Part shown: positions 45,502-55,200 of the stretch, piece after piece
How the letters are laid out: the number at the start of each line of letters is the position of its first letter
Numbering within the stretch: the stretch's first letter is position 1
Assembly: GCA_019236975.1 (NCBI GenBank)
Contig: JAFAHZ010000024.1
Location: forward strand, 5,096-69,095
Length of the DNA stretch: 64,000 nt
Reading direction: 5' to 3'
Source of the DNA: Vulcanimicrobiota bacterium
Lineage (GTDB): Bacteria; Vulcanimicrobiota; Vulcanimicrobiia; Vulcanimicrobiales; Vulcanimicrobiaceae
Notes under the pieces: model-generated
Databases searched by the model: none
What the model was told of the DNA's origin: nothing
What the model saw: the letters and a program-made list of their open reading frames with translations, nothing else
Made by a program: the position numbers and the translations under genes

Positions 45502-46733
45502 CGTCTCCACATAATACCCAAGCCGGCGGTCGTCGCGCGGCTCTGGATGGCACTGCGATCGCCGCGCAGCAGGAAACGCCAGGCTTGCGGGCCTTCGCTC
45601 GAATCGAGCGCGATCCACACGAGTCCGACGGGTTTCTCGGCCGAGCCGCCGCCCGGACCCGCAATGCCCGTGGTCGCTAGCGCGACGTCCGCGCCAAAAC
45701 GCCGGCGTGCACCCTGCGCCATTTCCAAGGCCACCGTTTCGCTCACCGCGCCCTCTCGCGCGATCGTCGCCGGGTCCACGCTCAGCTCCGACACTTTGAC
45801 GGCATTGTCGTAGGCTACGACGCCGCCAACGAAGCTTTTCGACGCACCGGGAACGCTCGTCAGTGCGGCTGCAATGCGTCCTCCCGTGCACGATTCGGCC
45901 ACCGCGACTTTCTCGCCGCGCGACTCGAGCGCGCAAAGAATCGCCGCTTCAATCGTCGTCTCGTCGGTGCCGAACACGAACCCTTCGAGACGCCGTTCGA
46001 TCTCGCGTTGCACGGGTCCGATAGACGCCTCGGCCTCCGCGCCCGTAGCGGCTTTGGCCATGATCTTGACGTCGGCGCGATAGTCGTGCGCCAAAACGGC
46101 AATCTTCGGATTCTCTCCCGCTCGAAACAGGTCGTCGATGCGGTGATCGATCTCGGACTCACCCACGTTGATCGTGTGGATCACGCGCGTGTAGATCGCG
46201 CTTCCCAACGCAAACCGCTCGCGCAGCAGCGGCAGCAGCCGTTCGGACAGCATCGGCTTCATCTCGCGAGGGACGCCCGGCATGCACGCCACGAATTTGC
46301 CGCGCGCGTCGAAGGCGACGAAGCCCGGTGCGGTCCCGACCGGGTTGGGAAGGGGCGTGGCGCCCGCCGGCAACTCCGCTTGCTTGCGATTGTTCGGCCG
46401 CATCGTGCGGCCGATCTGTGTGAAGAAGGCTTCCATTTGGCGCAGCGCCGGCTCGTAGAGCTCGGTGCCCACGCCCAACGCATCGCATACCGCTTCCTTT
46501 GTAAGGTCGTCGACCGTCGGCCCGAGGCCGCCCGTCGTCACCACGCCGTCAGATCGATCGAGCGCGCTCCGAATCGCCGCGGCGATGCGCTCCCGATTGT
46601 CCCCGATAGCGTGCGTGGCACGCACGTCGATACCGCTTTCCGCCAGGCGCTGTGCGACGTGCGTGGTGTTCGTGTCGAGGAGCTGACCGAGCAGCAGCTC
46701 CGTGCCGACCGCGATCAACTCAACGCTCGGCAT
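45471..46733 (-). CDS. cinA: CinA-family protein (MoCF-type domain plus PncC nicotinamide-nucleotide amidase domain)
   Basis: From MPSVELIAVGTELLLGQLLDTNTTHVAQRL...VTTGGLGPTVDDLT. The C-terminal CinA domain reads AVAESCTGGRIAAALTSVPGAS...GVVAYDN...VALATTGIAGPGGG. Confidence 0.87.
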   Translation of the reverse strand: MPSVELIAVGTELLLGQLLDTNTTHVAQRLAESGIDVRATHAIGDNRERIAAAIRSALDRSDGVVTTGGLGPTVDDLTKEAVCDALGVGTELYEPALRQMEAFFTQIGRTMRPNNRKQAELPAGATPLPNPVGTAPGFVAFDARGKFVACMPGVPREMKPMLSERLLPLLRERFALGSAIYTRVIHTINVGESEIDHRIDDLFRAGENPKIAVLAHDYRADVKIMAKAATGAEAEASIGPVQREIERRLEGFVFGTDETTIEAAILCALESRGEKVAVAESCTGGRIAAALTSVPGASKSFVGGVVAYDNAVKVSELSVDPATIAREGAVSETVALEMAQGARRRFGADVALATTGIAGPGGGSAEKPVGLVWIALDSSEGPQAWRFLLRGDRSAIQSRATTAGLGIMWRRCVGKERSPA

Positions 46734-47298
46734 GAGGCTCCGTAAACCAGTGCGGATACTCGAACTCGACGCGCGCTTCGAAACCTTCCGCGGCATCGAT
46801 CGCGTCGGCCCGGCGCACCGGCGACTCGTCGGGCGATGGGTGCTCGGCGCGCGTGCGCTCGCGCCGCCGCGCCAGCTCGGTGACGAACCGCGCGAAGCGC
46901 GCGTCCATCGCGCGCTGCAGCGCTTCCTTGAGTTTTTTCCCAGCCCGCGGCGCCAAGCCGGCCGTGGAAATCGCAACGCGGACGGGCCCCGCTTTCGCGA
47001 TTGCCGTCATCGCAACGAAACCGTACGCGGGCTGATCGATGCAGCAGAGCAGAAAACGATGCCGGTCCGCCAGCGCGCGCAGGCGCGCCGAGAGCGCCGC
47101 ATCTTGCGGCGTCGAGATCACCAGGAACGCGTCCGCCAGGTCTTCGTCGCGAAGCGCGCTCGTTTCGAGTATCCGCCGTACGATCGCGCCCGATTCCTCC
47201 AACGCCACCGTCTTGTCGGTCGCCTCGCGGTCGGCACCGATCACGACGCACGCTCTTCCGTCGAGGTTCAGCCCCACGGGGAAAAAGGGAAGGCGCAT
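46720..47298 (-). CDS. Siroheme-synthase N-terminal-domain-like protein (precorrin-2 dehydrogenase/ferrochelatase family, degenerate NAD motif)
   Basis: Reads MRLPFFPVGLNLDGRACVVIGADREATDKTVALEESGAIV...LCCIDQP...VRVAISTAGLAPRAGKKLKEAL, resembling the CysG-N/SirC layout. However, the GxGxxA loop is altered (GADREA). The ATG overlaps the nadE stop (TGATG). Confidence 0.55.
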   Translation of the reverse strand: MRLPFFPVGLNLDGRACVVIGADREATDKTVALEESGAIVRRILETSALRDEDLADAFLVISTPQDAALSARLRALADRHRFLLCCIDQPAYGFVAMTAIAKAGPVRVAISTAGLAPRAGKKLKEALQRAMDARFARFVTELARRRERTRAEHPSPDESPVRRADAIDAAEGFEARVEFEYPHWFTEPHAER

Positions 47299-48149
47299 CA
47301 ATAATCCACGGGCCGCAAGTAAAACTCGTTGATCGCCGTATTCGTCAACATTGCCGTCGTCGGTAAATGCCGTTTCCAATGCGTCGCGTCGACGCGCTTG
47401 CGTATGAGAGCGACGTCCTGCGCCGCAAAACCCCGCTCGATCAGCTGTTGGTCGGAGTAGCCGAGGAGCAACTCGGAGAGAATCGCGTCGGCCCGCGCGT
47501 ACGTGATGCCGAGATCAGCTTCGTCCGTTTGGCCTGCCTCGAGATCCGCGCTTGGCGCTTTCTCGACCAGCGCCTGCGGCACGCCCAAATAGCGCGCCAG
47601 CGCCCATACCTGTGTCTTGAACAAGTCGCCAATCGGATTGACCGGAGGCGTGTCGTCCGCGTGCCAGGTGAAATACCCGAGCATGCGCTCGGTTTTGTTT
47701 CCCGTACCGACCGGCAAGGCATCGAGCTTGGCCGATTGATCGAACAGCACGACCATCCGCATGCGCGCCATGACGTTCCCGCGCCGGCGCGGGCCGGCCT
47801 CCGGCTCGTACTGCAAGTACCCGTCGACTGCCGCCGTAATCTCGATCGTCCGCTCCAGCGTGCCGAGCGCGTCCACGACCGCTCGCGCGTCGGAGAGACT
47901 CTCGGGGCTCGACGTCGCGTACGGCATCCGAATGGCGTGCACGTTCTTTGGGCCGAGCGCGCGCGCACACAAAAACGCGGTTACGGCCGAGTCGACGCCG
48001 CCCGATAAGCCGATGACGGCGCGTTCGATCCCTCGCCGCACGATCAACTCGTCGCGCAGGAATTCCGTGAGCCACTCGGCGGTTACCGCGACGTCGATCG
48101 CCGGAGCTTGCAGCGCCGGTTTCGGTGTTTCAACGACGAGGAACGTCAC
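47298..48149 (-). CDS. nadE: NAD+ synthetase, synthetase (ATP-pyrophosphatase) subunit
   Basis: P-loop SGGVDSAV plus flanking NadE motifs (WLTEFLRDEL..., PVGTGNKTE..LGYFTWHADD, DLFKTQVWALARYLGVP). The GTG at 48149 lies 20 nt inside the upstream gene end. Confidence 0.87.
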   Translation of the reverse strand: MTFLVVETPKPALQAPAIDVAVTAEWLTEFLRDELIVRRGIERAVIGLSGGVDSAVTAFLCARALGPKNVHAIRMPYATSSPESLSDARAVVDALGTLERTIEITAAVDGYLQYEPEAGPRRRGNVMARMRMVVLFDQSAKLDALPVGTGNKTERMLGYFTWHADDTPPVNPIGDLFKTQVWALARYLGVPQALVEKAPSADLEAGQTDEADLGITYARADAILSELLLGYSDQQLIERGFAAQDVALIRKRVDATHWKRHLPTTAMLTNTAINEFYLRPVDY

Positions 48150-49035
48150 GCGACCCTCGCGGCAGCGGAAGCTCTTCGTCGAGCAGCAAATCGGGTAACG
48201 CGGCATCGAGGTCGCCGATGAGCGGCAGGCTCGCGCGCGCGATGTCGATCTCGCGCAAATCGAGATCGGCGCGCACGATGGTGGGTTCGGCCGGCGGGGC
48301 CTGCACGAGCACGACTCCACGCGGATCGATCGCGCAGGACGAGCCGGTCATTCCCTTTCCGCCTTCGAATCCGGTCAACCCGGCATACAGGACGAACACG
48401 CCGTGCTCGGCGGCCGCCAAGCGCAACATGTCGCGCCATTGCGTGATGCTGCTCAGCTCGCCTTCGCCGTCGATTCCGCGACCGGGCGACGCCGACGGCA
48501 CGATGAGCACCCGCGCGCCCTTGACCGCGGCGATCGTCGGCACGATCGCGTGCCAGGCGTCCTCGCAAATCAGCATAGCGACCTTGCCGTATCCCGTCTC
48601 GAACACGCCCAGTTTGCGCCCGCGCGAGAGAAAGCGTTCTTCGTCGAAAACGCCGTACGTCGGCAGAAACATCTTGCGGTGAACGTGAACGACGCGTTCG
48701 GTATCCGGCTCGACGCGCAGGTAGATGGCGCTGTTGTAGTACGTCCCCTCGTCGTTCTCGTAGAACCCCGAGACGATGTCGACACTCTGCGTTCCGCAAG
48801 CGTCGCGCCACGTGCGCGCCAGATCGTCCGCAAACCGTTTGGCCGGCAACGCGAGATCGTAGACGCCGCCTTCGAGAAAGTAGCCGGTAAAGGCCGCCTC
48901 GGGAAAAACGACGAGATCCGGCGGGCGCTCGGCGAGCTGTGCGAACGCTTCCCTCGCCGTTTGCAGATTCTCGGCATATCGTCCTTTGGCCGGCTTGGTT
49001 TGAACGATTGCCGCCGAAAGGCGCGCCGCTTTCAC
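48130..49035 (-). CDS. Carbon-nitrogen hydrolase (nitrilase superfamily), probable glutaminase partner of NadE
   Basis: Carries the E-K-C triad context: VVFPEAAFTGY, HRKMFLPTYGVFDEERF and VAMLICEDAWH. It is a separate ORF immediately upstream of nadE. The GTG at 49035 overlaps the upstream stop (GTGA). Confidence 0.8.
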   Translation of the reverse strand: MKAARLSAAIVQTKPAKGRYAENLQTAREAFAQLAERPPDLVVFPEAAFTGYFLEGGVYDLALPAKRFADDLARTWRDACGTQSVDIVSGFYENDEGTYYNSAIYLRVEPDTERVVHVHRKMFLPTYGVFDEERFLSRGRKLGVFETGYGKVAMLICEDAWHAIVPTIAAVKGARVLIVPSASPGRGIDGEGELSSITQWRDMLRLAAAEHGVFVLYAGLTGFEGGKGMTGSSCAIDPRGVVLVQAPPAEPTIVRADLDLREIDIARASLPLIGDLDAALPDLLLDEELPLPRGSRDVPRR

Positions 49036-50486
49036 GAAACCTCCACGCTCGTCGCCAGCTCTTTCTGTTCGTCGCCGGGCTCGCGCATGCCGCACTGCAC
49101 CGCGCACTCCTCGGCCGGATACGTCCAAATCTCGGCCAGCGTCGGATGCAAGTGGGGAATGCGCATGAACTCGGCAGCGGTAGCGTTATAGTGCATCGCG
49201 ACAATGACCTCGTGAATCAGTTCCGAGGCCTCCGGGCCGATGACGGCGGCACCCAAGATACGGCCGGTTCCCGGCTCCGTCATCATTTTTACGAAGCCCT
49301 TGGTCTTCCCGAGGCACTGTGCCTTGCCGTGTTCGGCGAAATCGTAACGCCCGCGGTGGTACTCGGCTCCGCGTTCGCGCAAACTTTTCTCCGTTTCGCC
49401 CACGACGGCGATCTGCGGGTCGCAGAACACCGTGTGCGCTGCGGTCAAGCGATAGTCGGCGGTTTCGTAACCGCTGCGGCACGCGTTCCTCGCCGCAACT
49501 TCTCCTTGATAGATCGCCACGTGCACCAGCATGTATTGCCCGGTCACGTCGCCGACCGCGAAGATCTTCGGGTTGCTCGTGCGCATCGTCGCGTCGACTT
49601 CGATTCCGCCGCGCGGATCGTAGGCGACGCCGGCGCGTTCCAGATCGAGGCCGTCGATATCGGGAGTACGGCCGAGCGCGTAAAAGATCTCTTCGGCGAC
49701 GGCCTCGCGCGGTTCGCCGCCGACCGTATATTCGATCGCCTTCGCACCGCCGCGCCGTTGCGCGCAAACGAGCGACGTGCCGGTCACGACGGAGATGCCT
49801 TCGTCGCGAAAGTAGCCCGTGAGCGCCAAACCAACGTCGTCGTCGGTCTCCGTCAGCAGGTGGCTGCTGCGAACGAGCATGGTCGTCTTCGCTCCCATTC
49901 TCGCCAAGAACTGACCGAGTTCGCACGCGGTATATCCGCCGCCCAGAACGATCGCCGACTCCGGCACGCGCTCGAGTTCCAAGACGGCGTCGCTATCGAC
50001 GTATCCGGTCTCTTCCAGCCCGGGAAGCGAACTCGGCCGAATCGCACTGCCGGTCGCGATGACGAACTGCTCGCCTTCCACCACGTCGTCGCCGACGGCG
50101 ACTTCCGTTGCCGAGAGAAAACGCGCGGTGCCCGAATACAGCGGAAACGCTTCGATCCCGCCGATGCGGTAGTCGGCAAATTCCTTAACGAGCGTCCGCT
50201 TGCGCGCGGCGATGAATGGCATATCGACGTCGATGCGGTCGGCGAGCACGCCGAGCGCCGTCGCTTTGCGCGCGTCGTAGAGCGCGTCGCTCGACGCGAG
50301 CAGCGCTTTGCTGGGCATACAGCCCCTGAGAATGCACAATCCGCCCAACGGGCCGCGGTCGATCATCGCCACGTCGCAGCCGAAGTCGCGTACGGTTCGC
50401 GCGGCGGCGTAGCCGCCGGAGCCCGCTCCTACGACGACGACGCCGTGCTTATGCCGGGCCAACTTAGCGTCCGGTCGGACGCGCAC
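49032..50486 (-). CDS. Class-I pyridine nucleotide-disulfide oxidoreductase (dihydrolipoyl dehydrogenase / glutathione-reductase-like)
   Basis: FAD motif VVVVGAGSGGYAAA, redox-active disulfide GGLCILRGCMPSK, NAD motif IVLGGGYTACE, and the dimerisation HPTLAE. An alternative TTG start at 50462 lies just after the glpX stop. Confidence 0.82.
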   Translation of the reverse strand: MRVRPDAKLARHKHGVVVVGAGSGGYAAARTVRDFGCDVAMIDRGPLGGLCILRGCMPSKALLASSDALYDARKATALGVLADRIDVDMPFIAARKRTLVKEFADYRIGGIEAFPLYSGTARFLSATEVAVGDDVVEGEQFVIATGSAIRPSSLPGLEETGYVDSDAVLELERVPESAIVLGGGYTACELGQFLARMGAKTTMLVRSSHLLTETDDDVGLALTGYFRDEGISVVTGTSLVCAQRRGGAKAIEYTVGGEPREAVAEEIFYALGRTPDIDGLDLERAGVAYDPRGGIEVDATMRTSNPKIFAVGDVTGQYMLVHVAIYQGEVAARNACRSGYETADYRLTAAHTVFCDPQIAVVGETEKSLRERGAEYHRGRYDFAEHGKAQCLGKTKGFVKMMTEPGTGRILGAAVIGPEASELIHEVIVAMHYNATAAEFMRIPHLHPTLAEIWTYPAEECAVQCGMREPGDEQKELATSVEVS

Positions 50487-51447
50487 CGAGACGATGGATC
50501 GATTCGATGAAGCGTACCGTGCCGCCGGAATGCACGTGTATGGAGTGCGTCCGCGCCTGATTGCCGAAAAAGCGCACGCCCCGAACGAGATCCCCGTCGG
50601 TAATTCCGCTGGCGCAGAAAATCACGTTGTCGCTCTTGACGAGATCGTCGATCTCGAGCACGCGGTTCAGGTCCCCGAAGCCCATCGCCACGGCGCGATC
50701 GGCTTCTTCTTGATTGCGCGGCTGTAGACGTCCCATGAAGTTTCCGCCCAAGCATTTGATCGCAGCAGCGGCCAGCACGCCTTCGGGTGCACCGCCGGTC
50801 CCCATCGCCACGTGAATCCCCGTGTTGTCGATCGCCGTCGCGATGCACGCATCGACGTCGCCGTCGGAAATGAGCCGGATGCGGGCGCCGGCCTCGCGCA
50901 CCTCTTTGATGAGTTCGGCGTGGCGCGGACGGTCGAGAATAACGACGCAGACGTCGTTGATCGGCTTTTCGAGAGCGTTGGCAACGGCTTCCAAATTCTC
51001 GCGCACCGGCGCGTCGATGTGCACGTACGGAGCGGATTTCGGACCGACGGCCAATTTCTTCATATACGAATCGGGAGCGTGCAACAAGCCGCCGCGTTCG
51101 GATATCGCCATAACCGCGATGGAATTCGGAAGACCGTTGGCGACGAGATTCGTTCCCTCGACGGGATCGACCGCGATGTCTACCTCTTCGCCTCCGGCGC
51201 CCACCTCCTCACCGATGAAGAGCATTGGAGCTTCGTCGCGCTCGCCTTCGCCGATCACGATACGGCCGCTGATTTCCATGTCGCCGAGGGCTTCGCGCAT
51301 CTTCTCGACGGCCGCCCCGTCCGCCGCGTCGCGCTCGCCGCGACCCATCCAGCGCGAAGCTGCAAGCGCGGCACTCTCCGTCACTTTGACGAAATCGAGC
51401 GAATGCACCGGGTGGTTGAAGACGGTTCCTGCCATCGTCCGTGCCAT
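50464..51447 (-). CDS. glpX: Fructose-1,6-bisphosphatase class II (GlpX)
   Basis: Reads VTESAALAASRWMGRGERDAADGAAV..., IGEGERDEAPML, DPVEGTNL, MGTGGAPEGVLAA. Full length, 327 aa. Confidence 0.92.
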   Translation of the reverse strand: MARTMAGTVFNHPVHSLDFVKVTESAALAASRWMGRGERDAADGAAVEKMREALGDMEISGRIVIGEGERDEAPMLFIGEEVGAGGEEVDIAVDPVEGTNLVANGLPNSIAVMAISERGGLLHAPDSYMKKLAVGPKSAPYVHIDAPVRENLEAVANALEKPINDVCVVILDRPRHAELIKEVREAGARIRLISDGDVDACIATAIDNTGIHVAMGTGGAPEGVLAAAAIKCLGGNFMGRLQPRNQEEADRAVAMGFGDLNRVLEIDDLVKSDNVIFCASGITDGDLVRGVRFFGNQARTHSIHVHSGGTVRFIESIHRLGARPTGR

Positions 51448-51497
51448 GTGGCCTGACCTACAAGGGATAAGGCCTATTTCCTTTAAGAAACAGCGCC

Positions 51498-53036
51498 GTG
51501 TCGGCCACGCAGCTGCGAGAAGCGACTCGACCGCGCTCGCTTCGTTTCGACGATCTGCTCGCTCCCGGAACGGGCGCGCTTTTCGCCGTAGCGTTCGCCG
51601 GTTTCACGCTGGGCTTCTTCGCGTGGTACGCTGCGATCGTTCCGCGCCATCGCGCGGCCGAAAGCGACCTCGGCCTGATCGCGCTCGCCGTGCTCGGTCC
51701 GCTGGCCGCGACGGCCGCTTGGATCGGTTACGCGCGTTACTTCTCGCGGCGGACGGGCATTACGCAGGCGCGCTCGCTGCGCTACGACGCGCTCACCTGG
51801 CTTCCGTTCTGGATTCTCTGGCTCACCTTTCTGTTACCGCCGCAGTACACGCACGGCGCGCGTCTGCTGCTGATCGCTGCCGCATCGTTCTGCGTTCTCA
51901 AGGCGCTCATCGCCGCACGTTTCAATCAAACGGTCCGCGAAGTGCTGCTCGACTTCCTTGCGACCCGCGCGGCGATCATCGTCATCGCCGAACTTGCCGC
52001 CGTCATCATCGGGCAGCGCGCGGGCACGCACGTGCAGGAATCGCGAACGCTGCTGCTCGCGGTGTGGGGCCGATGGGACGCCGTGCACTATCTCGATATC
52101 GCGACGCACGGCTACCAAGGCTACGATATGGCCTTCTTCCCGCTCTATCCGTTCCTGATCCGCGTCGTAGGCTCGCTCGCAGGAAGCCATCTCGTCGCCG
52201 GACTGCTCATCTCCAACGCCGCGTTCTTCTTCGCCTTGCTCTTCCTTTATAAGTTACTCGAGCACGAATTCGACCGTCCGGTGGCGCGGCGCGCCATCTT
52301 CTACGTCTCGGTCTTTCCAACGGCGGTCTTCTTCTCCGCGGTCTATACCGAGTCACTCTTCTTCATGCTGACCGTCGCGTCGTTTTACTACCTGCGCGCG
52401 CATCGCTGGTGGCTCGCGGGGGTCATTGGATTCTTTGCCGCGCTCACGCGCGTCGAGGGCATCCTCCTCGCCATTCCCTTCCTCATCGAATGGGCGAGCC
52501 AGTATTGGCCCGATTTGACGCGCGGCGGCGCTCAAAGGCTGCGCGCGCTCTTCGACTTGATTCCGGTCACGTTCGCGGGCCTCGGCCTCGGAGTCTATAT
52601 GGCGTACTTATGGGTGCTGCGTGCCGACCCGCTCTATTTTTCACACGTGCAAACCCACTGGAACCGGCACTTCGCGATGCCGTGGGTGAGCGTTTGGTCC
52701 GCATTTCACAAAATCGCGATCGCGACGTCGAGCCAGACCGTCGCCAACCAGTTGCTGGAGATCGCCTTTACGGCGTTGATGATCGGCGTGCTCGTCGCCG
52801 GCTGGCACAGCTTACGCCCCTCGTACATCGCGTACATGGCCCTTTCGATTTTGGTGCCGATGTGCACGTCGAGCCTCATGTCGATGCCGCGCTTCGCGCT
52901 AGTCCTCTTCCCGATGTTCGCGATCCTGGCGCGCTGGGGCGAGCGCCCCTGGGTCAACAACCTGATCCTCGCATTTTCACTTCCGCTATTGGGACTCTTT
53001 ACGGTTCTGTTCGCAGATTGGTACTGGGTTGCCTGA
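51498..53036 (+). CDS. Polytopic membrane glycosyltransferase, PIG-V-like mannosyltransferase family
   Basis: More than 10 TM segments. The motif WGRWDAVHYLDIATHGYQGYDMAFFPLYPFLIRV matches the PIG-V/GT76-type signature as I remember it. GTG start. Confidence 0.62.
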   Translation: MSATQLREATRPRSLRFDDLLAPGTGALFAVAFAGFTLGFFAWYAAIVPRHRAAESDLGLIALAVLGPLAATAAWIGYARYFSRRTGITQARSLRYDALTWLPFWILWLTFLLPPQYTHGARLLLIAAASFCVLKALIAARFNQTVREVLLDFLATRAAIIVIAELAAVIIGQRAGTHVQESRTLLLAVWGRWDAVHYLDIATHGYQGYDMAFFPLYPFLIRVVGSLAGSHLVAGLLISNAAFFFALLFLYKLLEHEFDRPVARRAIFYVSVFPTAVFFSAVYTESLFFMLTVASFYYLRAHRWWLAGVIGFFAALTRVEGILLAIPFLIEWASQYWPDLTRGGAQRLRALFDLIPVTFAGLGLGVYMAYLWVLRADPLYFSHVQTHWNRHFAMPWVSVWSAFHKIAIATSSQTVANQLLEIAFTALMIGVLVAGWHSLRPSYIAYMALSILVPMCTSSLMSMPRFALVLFPMFAILARWGERPWVNNLILAFSLPLLGLFTVLFADWYWVA

Positions 53037-53454
53037 CGTGATCGGCAGCCTCACCGCGCGCCGCGGCGTCCGGCAGTTCGTGAAGTTCGGGATCGTCGGC
53101 GCCTCCGGCTTCATCGTCAACCTCGTCATCTTTACGCTGCTGCAGCGCGTCGTTCCGGATCACACGCGTCCGCTGCAGTACAACGTCATCTACTCGATCG
53201 CGTTTTTTGCCGGCGGCGTTTCCAACTATTATTTCAATCGCGTCTGGACGTTTCGTTCGACCGGCCACGCCGTTCGCGAAGGCGCCCAGTTTCTCACCGT
53301 CTCGGCGATCGCACTGGGCGTCGGACTCGGCGTTTCGGCGCTCGTCGCACCGTGGCTAGGTCACGGGCATAAAACGTGGCTGGTCGCGACCTTGTCGGGT
53401 ATCGTCGTCAACTTCTTTCTGAATAAATATTGGACGTTCAAAGACGTTCGCTAG
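53029..53454 (+). CDS. GtrA-family membrane protein
   Basis: Reads VRQFVKFGIVGASGFIVNLVIFTLL...NYYFNRVWTF...FFLNKYWTFKD, the classic GtrA pattern. The start is the TTG at 53029 or the GTG at about 53038. Confidence 0.82.
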   Translation: MPDVIGSLTARRGVRQFVKFGIVGASGFIVNLVIFTLLQRVVPDHTRPLQYNVIYSIAFFAGGVSNYYFNRVWTFRSTGHAVREGAQFLTVSAIALGVGLGVSALVAPWLGHGHKTWLVATLSGIVVNFFLNKYWTFKDVR

Positions 53455-53562
53455 CGCGTTCTCCGCGCTGCGCTCTGCTCGTCGCGCGGGTGAACGAAGT
53501 TCTGTTCTTGTGCACATCCTGTGCGACCCGGGCTCCTCGCGACGGTCTCGGCAGGCCGCCCC

Positions 53563-55200
53563 ATGACTGACCAACGCTCTTCGCAGTCCTCTCTCTATTG
53601 GGGAATCGCGGTTACCGTAATTCTGCTGATCGGATTGGCGCTGCGGCTCAAGGGGATTCACAATCCGCTTCTCGATCATCCTGCCTGGCGACAGGGCGAT
53701 ACCGCAAGCATCGCGCGCAACTTCGCACGCCTGCAGTTTAACGTGATGTATCCGCAGACCATGTATAACGGACCGCCGCCGAACTACGTCGAGCTGGAGC
53801 TGCAGATCGTGCCGTTTCTCGCGGCCACGCTGTACAAGGTCTTCGGCGTTCACGAAGTTTTCGGACGGCTGATTTCAATCGTCTTCAGCTTGGCGACGAT
53901 CGTGACGGTCGGGTATTTTGGACGCTGGCTTTTTAGCAGCGCGCTGGCGGGCGGACTGGCCGCGTTTCTCTACGCCGCGTATCCGGGAAGCGTGTACTAC
54001 GGGCGCACGTTTACGCCGGACACGGCGATGGTGTTTTTCTTGACGGCGGCGCTCTATGCGGTCACGCGGTTCTTGCTCGAAGACGAACGCATGGCACCGC
54101 GGCCGTTGGCGCGCGTCACGGCGCTGCTCACCTTCGCGTATCTCGCGAAGCCGGTGGCAGTGCTCGGTATCGTGCCGGTGGTCGCCGCTGCGTGGGAGCG
54201 GCTGCGTGCCGGCCTTACCTTGAGGGCGAGCGCGTTTGCGGTGCTGGCGTTCGTTCCGCTCCTAGTGTTGTGGCTCTACGATCGTCGCGTCGCGTCGTAC
54301 GCCGAGTGGCATTGGGCCAGCGGTATCACGACCCTGCACGTGCTGCCCGCGTTCCGCGATGCGCTGACGAGCGCTTCGGCCTTCGGCGCGAAGCTCAACG
54401 CGTTTGCGCTGGTGCTCGGCATGTTCCGCGCGACGATGGCCGGCCCGGTCGCCGCGTTGCTGGCGCTGGCGAGTTTCGTAGCCTTGCCCTGGGTTCCGGC
54501 ACGCGCCAAGAGCGTGCTGTGGGCATGGCTGGCTGCTGCGTTGATGTACGTCTATGTCGTGGTGACGGTCGAACGGGTGGACTATTACATGTATCCACTC
54601 CTGCCGCTGTGCGCGTTGGTGACGGGTGGCGCAGGAGCGCGTTTCGTGCAGTCGATCTGGGGCGCGGATGTGGCAAAGCCGGCGCGCTTCGCTCTGCTAG
54701 CGGCCGTGCCGATCCTCGCGGCGATCGTCTTTTGGCAAGGCGTAGCGGCGGCCGCGCCATACTATCGCTATCCCAAGCCCGCGTATCGCAACGCCGTCGC
54801 GCTGGCGCACGATCTCGATCCCAACGCGCTCGTCGTCATCGGGCATTACGGCCCCGACGTGCAGTACTACATCGACCGTTTCGGCTGGGAAGAGGATCCG
54901 GCGCTATGGACGCCCTTCGATGAGGAGAGTGCGATCCGCAAAGGCTCGCGGTTTTTCATTTCGATCGAAGACAATCGACTGCGGCGCAATCTCGATTTGT
55001 GCGCGTGGCTGCAGCGCTTCCCGCTTCGTAACCCCAACGCCGAGTGGCCCGTCTACGAAACAGATCCGGCCAAGATGCTGCCCGGAGCGAATGCATTTTG
55101 GCGCGCCTTTCGCCGCGCCGAGATCGCCGGCACCCAACGCGCATTCCTCGACGCGCACCGCGCTTGTACGCTACGAGCCGATCACGTGGAACACGTATAA
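53563..55200 (+). CDS. ArnT/PMT-like glycosyltransferase family 39 (polyprenyl-phosphate-sugar dependent)
   Basis: From MTDQRSSQSSLYWGIAVTVILLIGLALRL... with RQGDTASIARNF in the first loop region, more than 10 TM segments and a C-terminal soluble domain. Confidence 0.75.
   Translation: MTDQRSSQSSLYWGIAVTVILLIGLALRLKGIHNPLLDHPAWRQGDTASIARNFARLQFNVMYPQTMYNGPPPNYVELELQIVPFLAATLYKVFGVHEVFGRLISIVFSLATIVTVGYFGRWLFSSALAGGLAAFLYAAYPGSVYYGRTFTPDTAMVFFLTAALYAVTRFLLEDERMAPRPLARVTALLTFAYLAKPVAVLGIVPVVAAAWERLRAGLTLRASAFAVLAFVPLLVLWLYDRRVASYAEWHWASGITTLHVLPAFRDALTSASAFGAKLNAFALVLGMFRATMAGPVAALLALASFVALPWVPARAKSVLWAWLAAALMYVYVVVTVERVDYYMYPLLPLCALVTGGAGARFVQSIWGADVAKPARFALLAAVPILAAIVFWQGVAAAAPYYRYPKPAYRNAVALAHDLDPNALVVIGHYGPDVQYYIDRFGWEEDPALWTPFDEESAIRKGSRFFISIEDNRLRRNLDLCAWLQRFPLRNPNAEWPVYETDPAKMLPGANAFWRAFRRAEIAGTQRAFLDAHRACTLRADHVEHV

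Noticed and set aside
48939-50510. 523-aa plus-strand ORF
   Set aside because: It is antisense to the FAD-dependent disulfide oxidoreductase, whose GxGxxG and CxxxxC motifs are on the minus strand.
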